DNA of 16,244 bases. Source: Candidatus Micrarchaeota archaeon. Its GTDB lineage: Archaea; Micrarchaeota; Micrarchaeia; Norongarragalinales; SBBD01. The notes beneath the pieces are model-generated. The model saw nothing but the letters and a program-made list of their open reading frames with translations, had not been told where the DNA came from and made no database searches. Below are positions 15,646 to 16,244 of the stretch, piece by piece. A program made the position numbers and the translations under genes. The DNA lies in contig JBBSVW010000100.1 of the NCBI GenBank assembly GCA_038046605.1, positions 1 through 16,244 of the forward strand, in the 5' to 3' direction. Positions within the stretch are counted from its first letter, which is position 1, and each line of letters begins with the position of its first letter.

Positions 15646-16158
15646 TTAACCCACCTTTCCACGGACGAATCCGCCGGAGTCAGTCTTTGAAAGGCCACTT
15701 TGGCTGTCTGTATAAGTTACGGATATTGTCCAATCATATGAATCTTCCTTATTCCCAGGCAAATTCGCTGTTGAACACCTAACGTAAACTCTCCCATTAG
15801 GAGCAACATTCCTTGTTGTTGGCCCTATTAGTCCGGTTTGGGCATTGGAGGCATCGCATTCAGTTAATACGGTAGGTGCGCCATTTCCAGCAACAGCCCC
15901 TCCAACTAATGTGATGGATCTGCCAACCGCATTTCCAAGCACTATTACGACACTGTCATTTCCAGATGCAGGGGTATCTATTACTAATTGATCGACGCAC
16001 GTAAACGATCCGAATCCACCGCACTCATTCCCTCCGCGGAACTTGCTCGGGTTGAAAACTCCGGTATACCATAGTACCGCAGCGATAATTACTATAGCCA
16101 ATATGGCCCAGCCGTAGGTAACCAAATACTCCAAAGCCGATTGTCCTCTCAATTTCAT
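15646..16158 (-). CDS. Archaeal type IV pilin-like protein (class III signal peptide)
   Basis: KLRG|QSALEYLVTYGWAIL prepilin cleavage site with E+5, hydrophobic helix, Cys pairs, and AGGTGA RBS. Confidence 0.92.
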   Translation of the reverse strand: MKLRGQSALEYLVTYGWAILAIVIIAAVLWYTGVFNPSKFRGGNECGGFGSFTCVDQLVIDTPASGNDSVVIVLGNAVGRSITLVGGAVAGNGAPTVLTECDASNAQTGLIGPTTRNVAPNGRVYVRCSTANLPGNKEDSYDWTISVTYTDSQSGLSKTDSGGFVRGKVG

Positions 16159-16214
16159 CAGATATCACCTAATATTCAGATTCTAAAATGGGTGCATTCA
16201 TTATCCGAATCCCC

Positions 16215-16226
16215 TTTATATACTTT
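16215..16226 (-). promoter_or_regulatory. BRE/TATA promoter of the pilin gene
   Basis: Minus-strand AAAG-TATATAAA about 57 nt upstream of the ATG. Confidence 0.65.
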
Positions 16227-16244
16227 ACGATTCGCCTTGCCAAT

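Noticed and set aside
11893-15649. Lys/Arg-rich plus-strand ORFs (11893-12081, 13381-13725, 14647-14889, 15467-15649) that look like a paralogous peptide family
   Set aside because: Their similarity comes from translating the repeated purine tract, which is better explained as a minus-strand terminator repeat.

Overview
Archaeal genomic window, most likely from a DPANN lineage such as Micrarchaeota. This is inferred from RadA, DUF424, a class III signal-peptide pilin, TATA/BRE promoters and GGTGA ribosome-binding sites. The housekeeping core (about 2800-10835) holds radA, a possible PC4/Whirly-fold ORF, a membrane-anchored M11/M6-like metalloprotease with a PEGA domain, a DHH phosphoesterase-endonuclease III-Whirly-like cluster, a JAMM protease, an isoprenoid-synthase-fold gene and DUF424. 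Two accessory zones flank it. The left zone (1-2530) has a GNAT, a gene bracketed by 40-bp direct repeats, and decayed toxin-antitoxin remnants including a collapsed hicB-hicA. The right zone (about 10930-15645) is an array of toxin-antitoxin or defence-like modules downstream of a pilin gene: AbrB-PIN, NDT-like plus wHTH, Fic, and wHTH plus RelE-like. Three non-coding motif families punctuate it: copies of the pilin terminator (two with pilin 3'-end remnants), a 38-bp inverted-arm element and a TGCnnCACGTGnnGCA palindrome. The main leads are this repeat-delimited cassette array and an apparent archaeal homologue of plant Whirly ssDNA-binding proteins. All family calls come from reading motifs by eye; no database search was run.
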